Assembly (NCBI GenBank): GCA_965178125.1
Contig: OZ237739.1
Span: 1,240,001-1,304,000 of the forward strand
Reading direction: 5' to 3'
DNA length: 64,000 nucleotides
Source of the DNA: Bilabrum cf. latius
Taxonomy: Eukaryota
In this document: one piece after another, positions 13,121 to 25,800 of the stretch
How the letters are laid out: each line of letters starts with the position of its first letter
Numbering within the stretch: position 1 is the stretch's first letter
Translations under genes and position numbers: made by a program
Notes under the pieces: generated by a model
The model's input: the letters and a program-made list of their open reading frames with translations, nothing else
Told to the model about the DNA's origin: nothing
The model's database searches: none

Positions 13121-14608
13121 ATGTCTACATACTATGGCGTTGTGGGATGCGAGGCCAGGTCGATTGAGTGCGGCCTGGACGGTTTGGAATCTAGGCTAGT
13201 CGCGCGAAGCGAGCACAGTCTTCGGTCGTACGCTGCCCAAATTACGGAAGCCCTGGAGAGATACAACCCGCAAGCAATCAAATTATACGTTTAGACTGAA
13301 AAAGTTGCACTGGAAGCCTATGTATCTCGCTCATCGGTCTCGCGGCCAGCTGGGAGCCGGCGAGGTGGAGCAGCTGCCTCTAGCGCGTTCTATGAGATTT
13401 TCGGGTCGTGTGGTGGACCTTCTGAGCATCTAGCGACGACACTTACTGTAATTGGAGCTAAATCGAGCACAAGGCATGCAAAGTGGTCCCCGAGTGGAAG
13501 TGCCGCAGTCCTGAAGGCCTCAAGCAGCATGGCTCCTCTGCACCATCACGCTCGGCTCTCTGAGCTGCGGATCCGCACCGTGGCAGAAGGCACTGTCAGA
13601 GCCGCACTGAGCTCATTACACTCAATGTTTGTGCAAGGAATGGGTTTGCAAGTGGAAACGACTGCAGGGTCCACGAAGCCGGATGCGGTTGAAGTGCTCG
13701 CAGCGACCCGGCCGGATGGGAGCTTGGCCGGGCACTGCCTGCCAGCGGCAATGCTCCGACTTCTTGGCTGTGCAGGCCATGGAATGGCAGAACAGCTTGA
13801 GCGCATCCTTCTCCTTCGCGCCGCCGCCGTCGCGTCTTACTCTGCTGAGCTACTCGGGTCGGCCGATCTGAGGGCCGCCCTCGCAGGCGAGCTTGGCCGC
13901 ACGCATCGCCTCCGCAACCGGTCAGAGCGCATGGATGCGATCGTAGCCTATCTACAGGGCCAAATTTCTAAGAAGGTTGCCTGCGATGAGCAGTACTTCG
14001 GGCAGTCGGAGCTTCGGCACGCGGCCGATGCTCTGTGCGTGGGAGTCGTGGTGCTGGTGGAGGCACGCAGCAGCGACTAGGCGTTCTGCTACGTGCCACC
14101 CAGCGCTGTTCGCCAAGGTAAACGAGATTCCACGAAGATAGCGGGCATGCTCGTGCTTGCCAACAGCAGGAGGCGCCACGTGTCGCCATGTCTCTGGACC
14201 ACGGCCGCCGCGGCGCCCGGAGCAGCCGGACCGGGGCTCGTGGTGGAGACACCCAGGCGCACGGAAAAAGACATCCGGTCGTGTGCTGCGAGATAGATGG
14301 CGCGACTGAGATGCAAGCTAGAAGAGGCGAAAGCCGAGTCAGGGGAGTTTGAGGAAGAGCTGGACGAGGAGGACGGGGAGGAGGCGACGGGGGCGGCAGC
14401 AGGACCAGCAGCGGCGCTGACCGGGATTACTTCAGAGTCGATGGTTCTTGCCACGGCAATCTCCAAAGAGCTATTGCCTGCGCTGGAGTCCCAAGTGCCT
14501 CCACAGATCAAGGGCCAACAGTTTAGAGCCGCAGCCACAGCCAAGACGCCGCGGGTGCTGGGACCTCGCGTGGCACCGAAAAGTGAGATCGCCGTTCATG
14601 CGAATTGA
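13121..14608 (+). CDS. Hypothetical protein with possible divergent OTU-like cysteine protease domain
   Basis: ATG 13121 to TGA 14606 is open except for 3 TAGs. PDGSLAGHCLPAAM, YFGQSELRHAADALCVGVVVL and RRHVSP resemble the OTU Cys loop, variable loop and His motif. Confidence 0.55.
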
Positions 14609-14665
14609 AAGTTGCTGTGCCTGCCCAGAGAGAAAAATCGTACATCTTCAACAGTGTCACACCCT

Positions 14666-17600
14666 TCACAGCCCCCCCTGCATGCCGACCAGTTGTGCCA
14701 GCATCGCGAAGGACTCACCCGCCTGGTCCCACTCTCCATCGACCGCCAAAGCGGCGGCCACGCCAACGACCTGAGGCTGAAACTGCGCACCAGTCTGCAT
14801 CTGCTCTATCAATGCGCCCGCATGTTCCTAGCTAAGGTGCCCCCGGCTCACACACTCTCCCACGATGCCTCGGATGTCCAGCTCCTTGCCTTGGCCAGCG
14901 ACTCGCAGCTTGCCTCCGGCGTTCAGTGCTCGCACAGCCCCAACGGCCATCTCCATCATGCCCTCTTTCCCACGAAGCCCATGCCCAGCCGATTCAGCCG
15001 CAAACCCGCCGGGTTCCCCGCCTGCCGCAGCCCCGACTGCCTCCGCATCCGGCGACTTCGATTCGATCACGGCCGTTGATGCCCTGAATCGGGCATCGCT
15101 CGCGTCCTGCTGGCCCTCCTCCAGAGCCTGCTCGGCCACGATCTTGAGAGTATCCAGCATGTCCTGATCGCTCTCAGGAGTACCACCCTCCGCGCGGTGG
15201 ACGTCCCTTGCCGCAAGCAGCCGGGGGTCCCCCTGCGCCACCAGCTCGCCAAGCGCGCCCGCCTCTTCCGCCGAAAGCCGCCCGGCAGACGCGTGCCCCG
15301 CAACTGCCCTCATGAGGTACTCCAAATCGGACCGGTCCTCATCGTTCAGACCCTCCACGTACCGCGATCCCGAAGACTGGGACTGCTACCCAGCGCTAGC
15401 ACCTGCACCTGCACCAGAGCTTGCCGAGATTCCACCGTTTGCACCGCCACCGATGCCGCCGCTGCTCGCGCTCCCCTGCCCCTGCCCCACTCGAGACGCG
15501 GCCGATGCCGACACGGAGGCCGCAGCTTCTAGCGCCGAGACGAGCGCGTCCACGTCGTGCGTCGCCCCGAAATTTGCCACCGCCTGCCTCGCCTGGGTCC
15601 GCACACGGCCCTGCACGGTGCTGCCGAAGCGGCCGCTGAGACCCTGCAGGATCGCTCTGGAAGCGGTCGGGCTCAGCGCTTCGAGGCTGGCGAGGCCCCT
15701 CACCACCGTGGACAGGTGCTTGGCGGCCGTGGCGGTGCTCCGCAGTTCCCTGGACGCAAGCATCAGCAGGGAGTGGGTCAGGTCTTCCGTGGACGCGATG
15801 GCAGCGCCTGTGGCAGCCGCCTCTGCCTCCTCCTCGTCGTCTTCCTCCTCGCCCTCGCCCTGATCCCCGCTAGCAGTGGACGCGCGCCGGACCATGCGCT
15901 CCTTCTGCAGCTTGACGAACCAAGCAGCTCGCACCGCCGGGTCCTGCGCCGCCACCAGTCGCCGCAGCACCTCAGCTCCCTCACCGGTGAGACGGCCCCT
16001 CCTCCTCAAACCGGCAACGGCAGCCGCGTGCGCCGCCGCTAGCTGTGCCTCGCCCTCGGCCTCGGTCCCGTTTCCATCCGGGCCCGCGGGCCAGTCGTAG
16101 GGCACCTGGGTCCCAAACACCTGCACGCTACCGCCGACCCCCGCACCCACCACTGCGCCGTTCGCAGCTGCCTGGGCCGCGGCCTCGCCTGCAGGGCTGT
16201 CTGCTCTCTCCAGCACGGTCATGGTGAGGCTGAGGAAGTTTCCGTCCTGCGCCGAGGCGGACCTCCCTTGTTCCCTGTCGTCGTAGAGCTCGAAGGCGGC
16301 GAGCAGAACGGGATCGTTCCCGGCCGCGAGTGCCCTCACCCTGCCGGCGTGCTCGCCAGACACCATCCCCTGCCGCTCGAGCACCGCCATCAGTGCCCCA
16401 GCGCGCTCCATAAGCGCGGGCCTGCCAGCACCCTGGGCGCCGCCTCCCCCCGCCTCGTCCTCCTCGGCAGCGGCAGCCTGTTCCTCCGCCTCGATGGAGG
16501 CACGCTGCGCCGCCAGCCCCGCCTGCATCATCGTCAGGCCCAGCCGCATGGCCGCAGCCGCCCTCACCCTGTCAGCCTGTTCCCTCTCCGTGTCCTGGCC
16601 CGTGGCATCTACCCCGGGGGGGATCTCTCCCGCGTCCACAGCCGCCTCTCGTCGCATGAGCGTGTCTCTGTCCTCCTTAATCGCCTCCATGACAGCCTGC
16701 GCGGCCGAGTGGGCGGCCTCCAGGGTCCAGGCCTCGCCCTCGGTGGCGGCTCGCTTGAACTCGGCCGTGGCGCTGGCTGCCAGCTCGATGACCTGTTCCG
16801 TGGTCCCCTGTTCCCCAGCGGGTTCTTGTTCCCCAGGGCCGTCGAACCCCGTGGTGCGCAGGACCTGCCTGGCAGCGAGCAGGGAGGCGATTTCGGGGTG
16901 GATGCCGGCGGCACGGAGCAGGGCGAGCACGGGGGACCCGGAATCAGAATCGCCGTCCTCGTCCTCGTCGGCACCAGCGCCACTGGCGGCAGGCCTGCGC
17001 GCCTCCTGCTCCTCCAGCTGCTGCTGCTCGTCGACTTGTGGGTCTGCAGGGGGGGCGCTGGGCTCACCCTCACCCTGCACGGGTCGCTGCGCCATCACCG
17101 CCTCGAGAGCCGGTGCATCTGCGGCCTCTTTGACGGCCACGACGAGGCCCCGCGCCCATGCAGCGGCTCCTTCCTCGTCACCTTCCGAGCGGCACACGGC
17201 GGCACGGGCCGCCGCCCGGCTGATCTCCGGAGCGAACCCCAGCAGAACCTCCGATCGCAGGTCGTCTGCGCGCATGCTGGAAATGTCACCGTTGCGCACC
17301 ATCGCCCTGAGCACGCCAACCCACTGCTGCTTGGCCGCGGGTTGCTGGGCGAGCACAGACGCGACTTCGGCGCCGCCGTCACCGTCGCCGTCGATGCTAT
17401 CATCACTGCCCTGCCCGTCTGCTCGGTGCTCACGCGCTGCCGGTGCATTCTCAAACCATTCGCCGGTTTCGCTGCGTGGATTTACGACGGGCCGCTTTGC
17501 ACCGAGGCCCCGGCCGTTGAGGCCGCGCACGATCAAGCGAGCAACGCCACCAACCGCGTCCACAGCACGGGCTGCCAGCCCAGGGTTCGCGCAGAGGGTA

Positions 17601-17890
17601 TGCAATGGGATAATTACGGGATCCAGCGACGTTGGCTGCTGCTCGGCGTCGTCTGCGGTCGCGACAAGCCCTGCGATCGCAGGGTTCATCCGAAGCTTCG
17701 CGACAACTCCCTCATCCACCCTCCCTTGGCCTTCTGTCATGATCCTCAGGCAAGTACTTGCCAAGTCGCGCTCTAACTCTTCGTAATTGATTCCCTGTAC
17801 GATACTCAGCACCAGATCTGTCTCTTCAGCTCCGCTAATCGACCCCGGAACCCGGATCCTGAATCGACTAGGGGCGGCATACCTGGCCAT
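14666..17890 (-). CDS. Hypothetical ~1074-aa protein with repeated short helical module
   Basis: Track ORFs 15386..17890 and 14828..15358 join across TAG and continue past TAG 14828 to TGA 14666-14668. Recurrent G-x-L/I-S-x-E-x-A-x-x-L...DP-x-L-x-AA motif. Confidence 0.75.
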
Positions 17891-18086
17891 ACTTCGAGAC
17901 AGAAGGAGTGGAATGCCCTAAAACAGATCGAACTCGCTACTTGCGCGTCCTGACGAGCCTTCGTAGGCCTTCGAGTGAGCTTCGAAGAATCCGGATCGTC
18001 GGGCGTGGCGCCGCGCAAATGTGGGCCGATGTTTAGCGGAACCTCAACCAACCCCAAAGAGAGGCGCGCATTCCTGCAGATTCAAG

Positions 18087-19778
18087 ATGACTCGGGGTTC
18101 CCAGCGCACATGCTGGCAGCCTTGGAAATACGCCTACTTATAGCTTGCGTTTGGTGCCCTCGGCATTGTGTGCATGTCGTACCTTATCGTGAAAAAGGTT
18201 GGTGAATTGACTTCAGACGTGCAACAGCAATCAGAATGGGACCCGATAAGCAACGTTCCATCGCTGGTGCCAGAAGAAGAATCCGGCTGGGCCAATGCAG
18301 AGGCTCCGCCAGCAAACTTGACCTGGGGGAACAACCCGGAGAATGAGAGGCTAGGACTGCGAGACGTCGAATCGAAGTGCTCAGAGTGGTCGTACCGAGG
18401 ATCTGACGGCGCGTGGCACGAGTGGCCGCACCAGCCGAGCTAGTTTTCAGGTTATAGAATTAATAACGGCACGGGTGCGCTCCGGAAGCGCGCCAGCGCC
18501 TCGGCAAGGCTGCTGCCTCGACGGCCTGGCCACAAGATCCGGGGTGCTTTCGTTACCCTGGCGAAATCGAAGCATTTGCAGGTACTGAAGCTGGCGTTAG
18601 GGCGCCTCGATAGGTATTACTTGCAGAATTTCGTGAAGGACCCCGCAGGCATGCTGCGCGCGGCGCGCAAGGAGCCTAGCAAATCGCTCCCGCTGCCGCC
18701 AGCCGTCATCGTCTTCCACGAGGACATGCCCCTGTGGGCGCAGGAAGAGCTGCGGTCCGTGTCTCCTCGGCTGAGGATCATTCTGGAGTTTCACGCGGTC
18801 GGTTTCTGCCTTCCTGACTGGCTCAAGCGCTTCGACAAGAGCTAGATCTGGGGGGCGCCTGTGGGCTACCGCCACATGATGCGTTTCTTCGCGTTCAAGG
18901 CGTTCGCCCACCCCGCCCTTGGGTCGGGGCGGTTCTCCCACTACGCGCGCATCGACACTGACTCATTCTTTACTACTTACATGGAGAAGGACCCGTTCCA
19001 GGACGCGGAGGAGAGGGGGCTGCTGTACTCGTTTGCCATGCTGTGGAACGACCAGCCGGGGCTGACCGGGGGGCTGGACCAGTCGGTGGGGGGCTGGCTA
19101 TAGCAGCACGGGAGGGAGCCCCAGGGAACAGGACTCTGGGCTGCCGTCATGGGAGGACCGTGGGACGCTAGCAAGCGGGCGGGAGGTGCCAGGTACAACG
19201 GGGATCAGTTCTGGAACAACTTTGAGGTGGTCGACTTGCGGCTGGTGCAGTCGATGCCCTACTGGAGGCTCCTGAGGCACATTGACAAGACGGAGCTCAT
19301 GTACACGGTTCGGCTGGGTGACGCATGCATCCGCACAGCCGCAGTCGCGGCTCTAGTCCCCGACAGGGCCGTGTCATCCATCGACTGGGTGGGGTACCAG
19401 CACCAGGACCAGTTCAGGTGTCCCTTGGACGTGGCTGAGGGGGGCACCGGGGTGCCCATGGCTGGCAAGTCGCCCAGCGCCACGGGGGTGCGGGACCTGA
19501 CCCCGGAGGAGGTGTCGGAGCTGGGGGGACTCGGAGCCGACTGGAGGCGCCGCGCGGGTCCGGGTGCGGAACTGCCGGACCAGATCAAGAAGGTTCCGCT
19601 CAAGTCCAGCATCCTGTCGGCCTGTGACGTGAACGACGACTGGCAGTGGATCCGAGACAAGTGCCATTCCAACCGCAAGCACGAAGGGATCAAGTACTGC
19701 GGGCTCACGAGGCGCTCACCATGCGACCGCAACATGCTGGCACGCAGCTCCAAGGTGTGCTCGCTGTTTGAAGGGTGA
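18087..19778 (+). CDS. GT15-family alpha-1,2-mannosyltransferase (Kre2/Mnt1-like), type II membrane protein
   Basis: N-terminal anchor (YAYL*LAFGALGIVCMSYLIV), GAFVTLA, GYRHMMRFF, YARIDTDSFF, FWNNFEVVDL, RLGDACIRT, VGYQH. Four in-frame TAGs (18141, 18441, 18843, 19101). Ends at TGA. Confidence 0.88.
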
Positions 19779-19897
19779 GTGAGATTGTGCCAGTGCTGAG
19801 CGAAGGTGGCTCGGGGTGGGCTCGCCTGCTCTTCGTGGGTGGGGGTCTCCATTGAGGCGCTGCCTACGGCCCGTCACTATTGTTGCTGTTGTTTTTG

Positions 19898-22800
19898 ATG
19901 CCAGGCGTAATGGCCCCCAATACGACGTTGGATGCACTTCGCGCGACCAGACTCCGAGGCTCCAGGCTGAGCCTGCGTGCGACCACCGTGGTGACCAACC
20001 GATCCTCATCACATCCGGATCGAACCGTTCACCAGAACCGAGTCGCAGCCGCACTGATTTGCGCAGTCGTGATGCCATCCCGATTCAAACAGCATCACCA
20101 GCCTCACACATTGCGAGCATCTGGGTAGGCTGGCCCTTCAAGTGCTCTTGGCGGCACTACTAGGTAGCTTCCTGCAAAGCAGCAGCGCCTCTCACGATCA
20201 CGTATTGCTTTGTCGTTTGCCGCATCCCAGTAGCCAGTACAGGCATTGATTCAAACGGCTGCTACGCCGTCAAATCATGGAGATACCTTTCCGCATCGAA
20301 CCGAGCTTCACAGACGTGGAATCGTTGGACCGGGGCGGCGGCAGTCGCCTAGGCCAGCACCACAAAATCAATCGCGGCCACACGAAGCAATAAGCTTGCG
20401 CGATGTTGGAAGAAAGTTGACCCTAGAGAGTCTTAAGACATCTGGGGGTTCTGTATTGCCGCCAAGCTCTAGTCGCGCGCCTGGTCGCGGACAGACTCCG
20501 TACCAAGGCGCAGCCACGAAGTTCGTGCCAGGAACGGCTCGAGGACATAGTCGCAGCAAAGCAGCACCGCGACCAATAGAGTTTTCGAGCGATGGTCGCA
20601 TTATGCTCAGCCAAGGTCCCTTGACATCAACCCAGGCTTGGATGCAACGCCGAGGTGTGACGCGAGACTTCGTGCAGCACGGAGCTACTACAGACGAAGA
20701 GAGCGATGGAGATTTGCAAGACGATACGCTGCATTCCCTCATCGGCGAGTCATCATCTAATCGGGGCAGGGACACCGGCACAAACCCGTCGAGCCCTGAT
20801 TCGGCTGCCGCGCCGGCACCTGCTCCCTCGCCGGCGGTCTCCCACCGCATGTCTGCGTACGAGTTCGCGAGCATGGCGTGCTCAACCCAAACCGGAATCA
20901 TGTCGCCTATGCATCAACTTGAAGATGCAGGCAAGCCCGGTCCCGACGGACGCGCCCTGCTCGCCTCTAGCCTCGGGCCGAGGCTGCCAGGGCGATGGGT
21001 GGACCGGTCCGGCACGGGAGCGGGAGCGGGACGACTCGGAGCCGTTGAGGGGCGCAGGACTGGCGTGACTACAGCGCGCAAGATGGCCGCGACGGCAAGG
21101 GCCGACAGCCATTGGGCACAGGCTGGCTCGCATCGGTCCACCGGCACGGGTCGAATGTTGAGGTACACCGGACCCGTGCACTCAGGGACAGAGGCGCAGC
21201 ACTCAGGGGCACGGATTGCAAGGTCAAGCCTCAGAGAAAGCGCACTGCTGCAGCCCATGCAATCTCTGGCAGTGCAGGGCGACGTGCAACACGAGACTCA
21301 CGCTCGGGATAGCGCACCACCCATGCATTCAGTGGCAGCAGCAGCAGCAACAGCAGCAGCAGTACCGACTCATGCAGTCGGTGGCAGTCTCGTGGATCCA
21401 CCTGCTGGCACTGGCGAACCCATTGACCTGACGCACAAGAGCGACGCTGGCAAGCAGTCATCGGTGGGGGCGAACCACGGCGGGGTGCCCTCGGGATCCA
21501 ACCAGCCGGTGGGTGGCCAAGGTGGCCAAGGTGACCAAGGTGACTAGGAGCCTTCCATCGAGCAAGGTATCACGTCCTTGGATGCACCAGAGACAGGGCC
21601 TAGCGCAAGAGCAGGCGCGTCTAGTCCAGCTACACGAGGGCTGCTTGCTCCCGGGGTGCAGCATTAGGAACCGCCGGTGAGGCATACGTCCAACACACCT
21701 GTGCGAGTAGAGCACCACACAGCCGCCGGTGAGGCTGGCCGAACGACGGATTACTCGGCTCAGCCGCGCGAGCCAACTGTTCCTGCAAAGGCACAGAGCC
21801 CGGTAAAGCGAGCCAATCGACTGGGGCAAGCCTGTGAAACGGTGGTGCGGGTGCACGTTGCGCTGCCTCCGAGTCTGATCTCGCAGCCAGTCGCGGCAAC
21901 CACAACAACACGCTCGCGTGGAGGCCGGGGGCACCCGCCACTCGCGCCGCTGCAGACCGTGCCCCCTGCTAGGTCGTCAGTCTCGTCCAACGGCTCAACA
22001 GGCAGCGGATACGCCTCCACCGGTGGACCAGTGACGTCACCAATGCCTCTTAAGCAGAGCTCTCCGTTGGTTCCAAAAGTGCGGCAGTCTCCGCCTAGGC
22101 AGCTCGAGGCCTCCCCGCCCGGCGTGGCCAGGACGCTTGTGGAGCAGCCTGCCAGTACTGAGGCTTACACTGCAGCTGCAGCTGCAGCGGGTATGTCGCC
22201 CAGAAACGCTTCCTCCAGATCCAGATCGCCTCGATCTAGGTCGCCTCGATCTGGGTCGCCGAGGAGCTAGGCGGGGCAGCCGGGCGGCCGATCCGACGGC
22301 ACTTGGGCGGAGAAGAAAGTCATGCACCGTGTGAGGACTGACAACATCCTGGGCCGCATGGACGGCGTCGTGATGCTTGCCGATGACGACGACCAGTTCA
22401 CTTTCAACGAGACGCAGGCAGGCTCCGTTTCTGCGGACACGGCTGCCGAGACGGAGATGGCGGAAAGCACCGTGATGGGGCCCTCGGACAGCAGGCGAGA
22501 TCTGCTGGAAGGAGCCGGCACCTTTGGTCGACTGATGCGGGAGGCGGGTCAGCCCAAGACCGGCTCAAACAGTTCCGATGGTGCAAGACATGGAATGCCG
22601 CCGCGGCCAGACCGCCAGTCAACAGGTGGCACGGGGGTCCGGGCCAGACCGTCGACGTCGGGGTCTGGATCCGCTGGCTCAGGTCAACCGGTTGTCACTG
22701 GCAGCGAACTTACGCCCAGCAACCACCCGCTTGCCCTTGCAATCGGCGCAAAGCGGATGGAAAAGGTGCGATAGCAGCGCCGCGCGAGCCCTGGCGACAG

Positions 22801-25800
22801 TATGGAGCGATAGCGGACGTCACGATCGGACGGTACCGCGCTACCCAATGGCGTAGACAACGCATACGCACTGAGTCCGCGGTCCGTGGTCAGTATCGGG
22901 ACGCAGGACCATGATCAAGATCACGATGACCATGCGTATCGGTCATCTCGGGAGAATCGGCCTTCCAGCAGAGGGCAGCCTGACGCGAGCCCGACCTCTG
23001 GCTCAGAGCGGAGAGGGAGCGGCGAACGAGCTGCGAGCCACGGGCAACTCGAGCCCCACCAGCCGATGAAGTCCCAGTCCGTTGCTGCGAGCAGCAGCAG
23101 TCCCCCTTCTATCTTTAAGGGGGCTGCTACAGGACAGGTGGTGCGCACAAGCTCGGGCCCTACTGCAGGCCGTGCGAGGCTGCAGGACGAGGTGGTCGAG
23201 GTGTCGGCTTCTCCTTGCAGTGCGGGGCCACGGCTCGGGACTCAAGGTGGCAGGCCATTCATCGAGCCTGATCGCCGAGAGGAAGAGCATCGAGCAAGTC
23301 AGACGTAGGGCATGGTGACCCGCACGAGCCACCGCAGTAAGGCACCCGGCCTGCCTCCCATCCGCGAGAATAGCGCCGGGGTACCAGAGGAGGGCACGAG
23401 CGGACCGCCGCCAGGTCGCAGCAATGAGGAGGGTGAGAAGGTTCGTCGCACGTCCTCCGGGCACAGCAGCGGCAGCGGTGGTGGTGTTGCGATGCAGCCG
23501 GGCATTCGGCGACGCAACAGCCCCAAGCGACTGCTCCTGGTTGAGAGTGGGTCCGGTGAAGCACGGCCTGCCGGCGCCTCACCCTCCCTGTCCTCTGGGT
23601 CGAAATCTGAGCCCTTGGACCACCAAATGGACGACAAGAGCAGCAGAGAGAGCAGCGGCAGCAAGGAACGAAGCCGCAGTCCCCAATCTAACGCGTCGGG
23701 AGGACTCCGAGTCACTCCCACAGGCAAGGCACGGAGCGTGGGGGAGGAAGAGCAGAAGCCGAAGGCATTCGGGTACGAACTCTTTGTATCCAGTGCCACT
23801 GGCTCGTACAACGACGGGCAAGGAGCAGTCGGTCCGCACGAAGATCCAATGGAAGCTGAGCACAGCAGCGGGAAAGAAGAAGATGTGGGAGACACAGAGC
23901 CATCTATTGTGGAAGACACAGAGCCCTCTATGCAGCCGCCGACGAGTGCCATCTCGGCGCCGATTTCGCCGACAAAGCTCGTCGCTGACAGCAGGGGGAG
24001 TTCTCCCACATCTCCACGGTCCATGCTCCGCCGCGAGCGATCCAACTCTGCTGAGCAGATCCGGGTGTAGTTCGATGCGTCTGCTCGCCGGCACCCCTCC
24101 GGTCACTCCTTCGGCCGAAGCGACTCTGGAGGGACAGACAAGAGCCTGCAAAGCCCTAGGAATGCAATGACCGCTCAGGGAAGTAGCAGCAGCAGCACCG
24201 GGTCTCCCATACTATCAGGTAGCCCTGGGTCAGGTGGCAGGCCACGCGTGATGCGCCGCGTGCGTTCCGCCGCCTCCTCCAGCTCAAGCTCGGCCTCACA
24301 GCAGGCAGACCACGCGGTGGCCAAGCTGTTCTTCAACGGGCTCAAATAGGTGCAGGTGGATGCTGAGGACGATGATGGCAATGAAGGGGATAGGGAGGGT
24401 TGCGAGACTAGCACATGGGGTGCTGCCACTGAAGAACAATAGAACTTGGCAGAACCTGCGCTTCCTATGCCTGCGGATGCAGTGGACCCTGACGACGATC
24501 AGGGCATCGGTCGGATGAAGGATCCCGAAGCAGGGGCACCCTCGGCCAAACTGGAAGCTCTGCAAATTGGCACCGAGGTGGAGCGGCCGTCGGCCACACC
24601 GCCCACCACTGAGAGCGGTCCAGAGTCGGACGACTACTCGGACGATGGCTTCGAGACTGACGAGGTCGAGGCGGAACAGGAAGGTGAGGATACTCGATAG
24701 GAGACAGTGGCAGCCGATCAAAACGATGCCCCGCAAGGTTCATTGCACCGGCAGCTATCTAGTCTAGATATGGAGAATCAACAAGAAGGCACGCCGGTAT
24801 TGCCAAGCAGCAACAGGCCCAGCAGCCTGCAGCCGATTGAGAAGCCTGACTCGGCACACAACCCCGTCATCGACAGAGACGACCTCTCTCCAGCGAGCAC
24901 AGAGGCACCTGCGGATGACACAGCCAGCGAGACTAGCTTCGACAAGAGCCCATCGGCAGCAACAGCGCCGTCGCAAGCGGCACCTGTGCAGTCTCCGGCC
25001 GTTCCAGCGGTGTCAGTTCTGGAGCGGTCACCTGGTGAGAGGCCTGCGTTGGAGACTGACGAGGATGAGGCGGAGGAGACACTGGAGGTATCAGCTCTAT
25101 CTCCTGAACATTTTAATGCGCAGCATGCGCTGGCCATGGGAGCAGCGGCTCGAACGAGTCACGTCGGACCCGGGAGCAAGCTTGCTTCGGCAGCTGCAGC
25201 ACCGAATCCTCCGCAAGTGTCGGTGGGCGAGCCTCGCCAGGACGACTTGAACGCGCAACAGGAAAGCAATCTTATGCAGTCGGGGCAGCCAGTGGCCTAG
25301 TAGGTTCTCGAGCAGCCGTTCCCAGTGTCTGACACGGACTCTGAGGCAGCTCGCGAGCGGTCGGGAGATGCCCGGGCACTGGACGGGGATGAGGGTGCTG
25401 CCGAAGAGACCGCTTCATCTACCGTCGAATCGATGCAGGATGCGAGTGAACTCGAAATTAAGTAGACAGTTGTTGATAGAGCCGATGGAATGGGTCATTC
25501 CGATCGGCTCTAGTCCGTCCTGCCAGCCGAGAACTCTACCAGCTCGAATGTTGATGCGGGTCCTGTCACTGCACTGCCCGCCATAGGAGGAGGCAGAACT
25601 TCCACCAACGATGCGAGCGGATCTATCGAAGGTTCTTCCGCGGTGAGATCGACGGTTGGGATGCACAGTGATCAGTCGGAATCGGTGGGGCGGAGGCCCC
25701 GCGTGCTGCCAACGGCTTCAGAGGTCGCCGCGCTGGCGGACGTTCCATCGTTTGCGGTGGATGCCGACTTGGCCAAGCGGTTTGCTATGCAGGAAGTTGC

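Noticed and set aside
2015-17786. Long antisense ORFs (e.g. 2015..3487, 11672..12787, 16268..17776, 16494..17786)
   Set aside because: Shadow ORFs opposite GC-rich real genes, with no motifs of their own.
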